Shown here: positions 57,508-58,308 of the stretch, one piece after another
How the letters are laid out: each line of letters opens with the position of its first letter
Numbering within the stretch: position 1 is the stretch's first letter
Position numbers and translations under genes: made by a program
The notes under the pieces: generated by a model
Told to the model about the DNA's origin: nothing
Seen by the model: only the letters and a program-made list of their open reading frames with translations
The model's database searches: none
Source of the DNA: Polyangiaceae bacterium
GTDB taxonomy: Bacteria > Myxococcota_A > Polyangia > Polyangiales > Polyangiaceae
DNA: 58,308 nt
Assembly: GCA_044222475.1 (NCBI GenBank)
Contig: JBGANF010000040.1
Coordinates: 1-58,308 of the forward strand
Direction: 5' to 3'

Positions 57508-58308
57508 TCGTTCACCGAGAGGACGAGCTGCGGTTCGGGGATGCGGTGATCGTCGCGGAGCGACGTGACCGCCGTGCCGATGGCGGAGAACTCGAGGACG
57601 CTCGCGCCCCACGTGTGGTTGCTCTCGCTGACCGTCACGCCGACGATGCCCTGCGCCTTCAGCGCTTCGGCCTCGACCTGCATGCGCTCCATCGCGAGCT
57701 CGCGCGCGTTGCGTCGGCCCGGTCAGCTCTTGGTTCTGCATCGGCGGCTGCTGTTGCCAGCCGGGGCGTTGGCCGTAGGCGAGCGCCGGTCCTTGCGGCG
57801 CGACGTAGTAGACGCAGTTGCCCATCACCATGCCGAGCGGGCGGTACCCGGCGTGGAGGAGCGTCCAGAAGTCTTGGCCGGAGAGGTCGCTCGTGAACGG
57901 CTTGCCGTTGGGTGCGCGCCAGTTCTGACCGGCCTCGTGCTTCACCGCGGTGCCGATCGCAAGGAACTCGATGACGTTGGTGCCCCACGCGTGGATCGCG
58001 AGGGTGAGGCGCACTGCGACGATGCCGTCGGCGCCGAGCGCGTCCGCCTCTTCTTCCATGCGCACCATCGCGAGCTCGCGCGCGTGGTAGAGCGCTTGCG
58101 TGAGGCCGGTGAGCTCTTCGCTGACGCCCTGACGGATCGGCTGCCAGCCGATGTGGAAGATGCTGCTGCCCATCACGAGGCCGAGCGGGTGGAAGCCGAC
58201 CTCTTTGACGAGCAGGAACTCGTTCACCGACAGGTCGCTGGTGAAGAAGTGATGCTGACGCATCGCGGTCAAGCGCTCGCGCGCGTGCTGCGGCAGGTCG
58301 GCGGCGAA
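57504..58308 (-). pseudogene. Tandem YbjQ domain protein, paralog 1; 5'-truncated by the window edge, frameshifted near 57710
   Basis: FAADLPQHARERL..FTSDLSVNEF; homology switches frame after ELTGPTQ and resumes as NARELAMERMQ (ORF 57504-57692). Confidence 0.75.

Noticed and set aside
56524..58272. 582-aa ORF taken as one normal gene
   Set aside because: The middle ~70 codons are off-frame; better explained as two genes joined by a frameshift

Overview
Very GC-rich, gene-dense bacterial chromosomal segment, most likely from a myxobacterium (Myxococcota, Polyangiales-like). This is inferred from the many lipoproteins with D-A-G/D-S-G acidic linkers, Cys-rich lipoproteins, eukaryote-like Ser/Thr kinases and sigma54 promoters. 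About 60 genes are supported; most long ORFs in the track are antisense or shadow frames. Housekeeping content: sugar ABC ATPase, YegD-type Hsp70, dnaJ, MGDG/UgtP glycosyltransferase, two-subunit class I fumarase, and a mycobacterial Sdh1-type sdhCAB. There is an arsenal of exported hydrolases (phospholipase C, CHAP amidase with an FG-GAP propeller, GH18, PHB-depolymerase-like esterase, metallophosphoesterase) and a small vapBC/SUKH accessory block. No rRNA, tRNA, CRISPR or transposase was seen. Highlights: (1) an exported lipoprotein dikinase with His-swivel then ATP-grasp (glucan-water-dikinase-like) order; (2) a conserved, identically spaced upstream motif plus leader shared by that gene and a CxxCH lipoprotein 37 kb away; (3) a translationally coupled operon of four tandem-YbjQ paralogs, one with a Trp-rich insert and one with an inferred 11-nt microhomology deletion that fuses two genes; (4) pervasive leaderless TAnnnT-N6/7-start promoters and CTG starts; (5) a TetR operator pair and a pseudokinase-PilZ fusion. 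All product calls come from motif recognition by eye, with no database searches.
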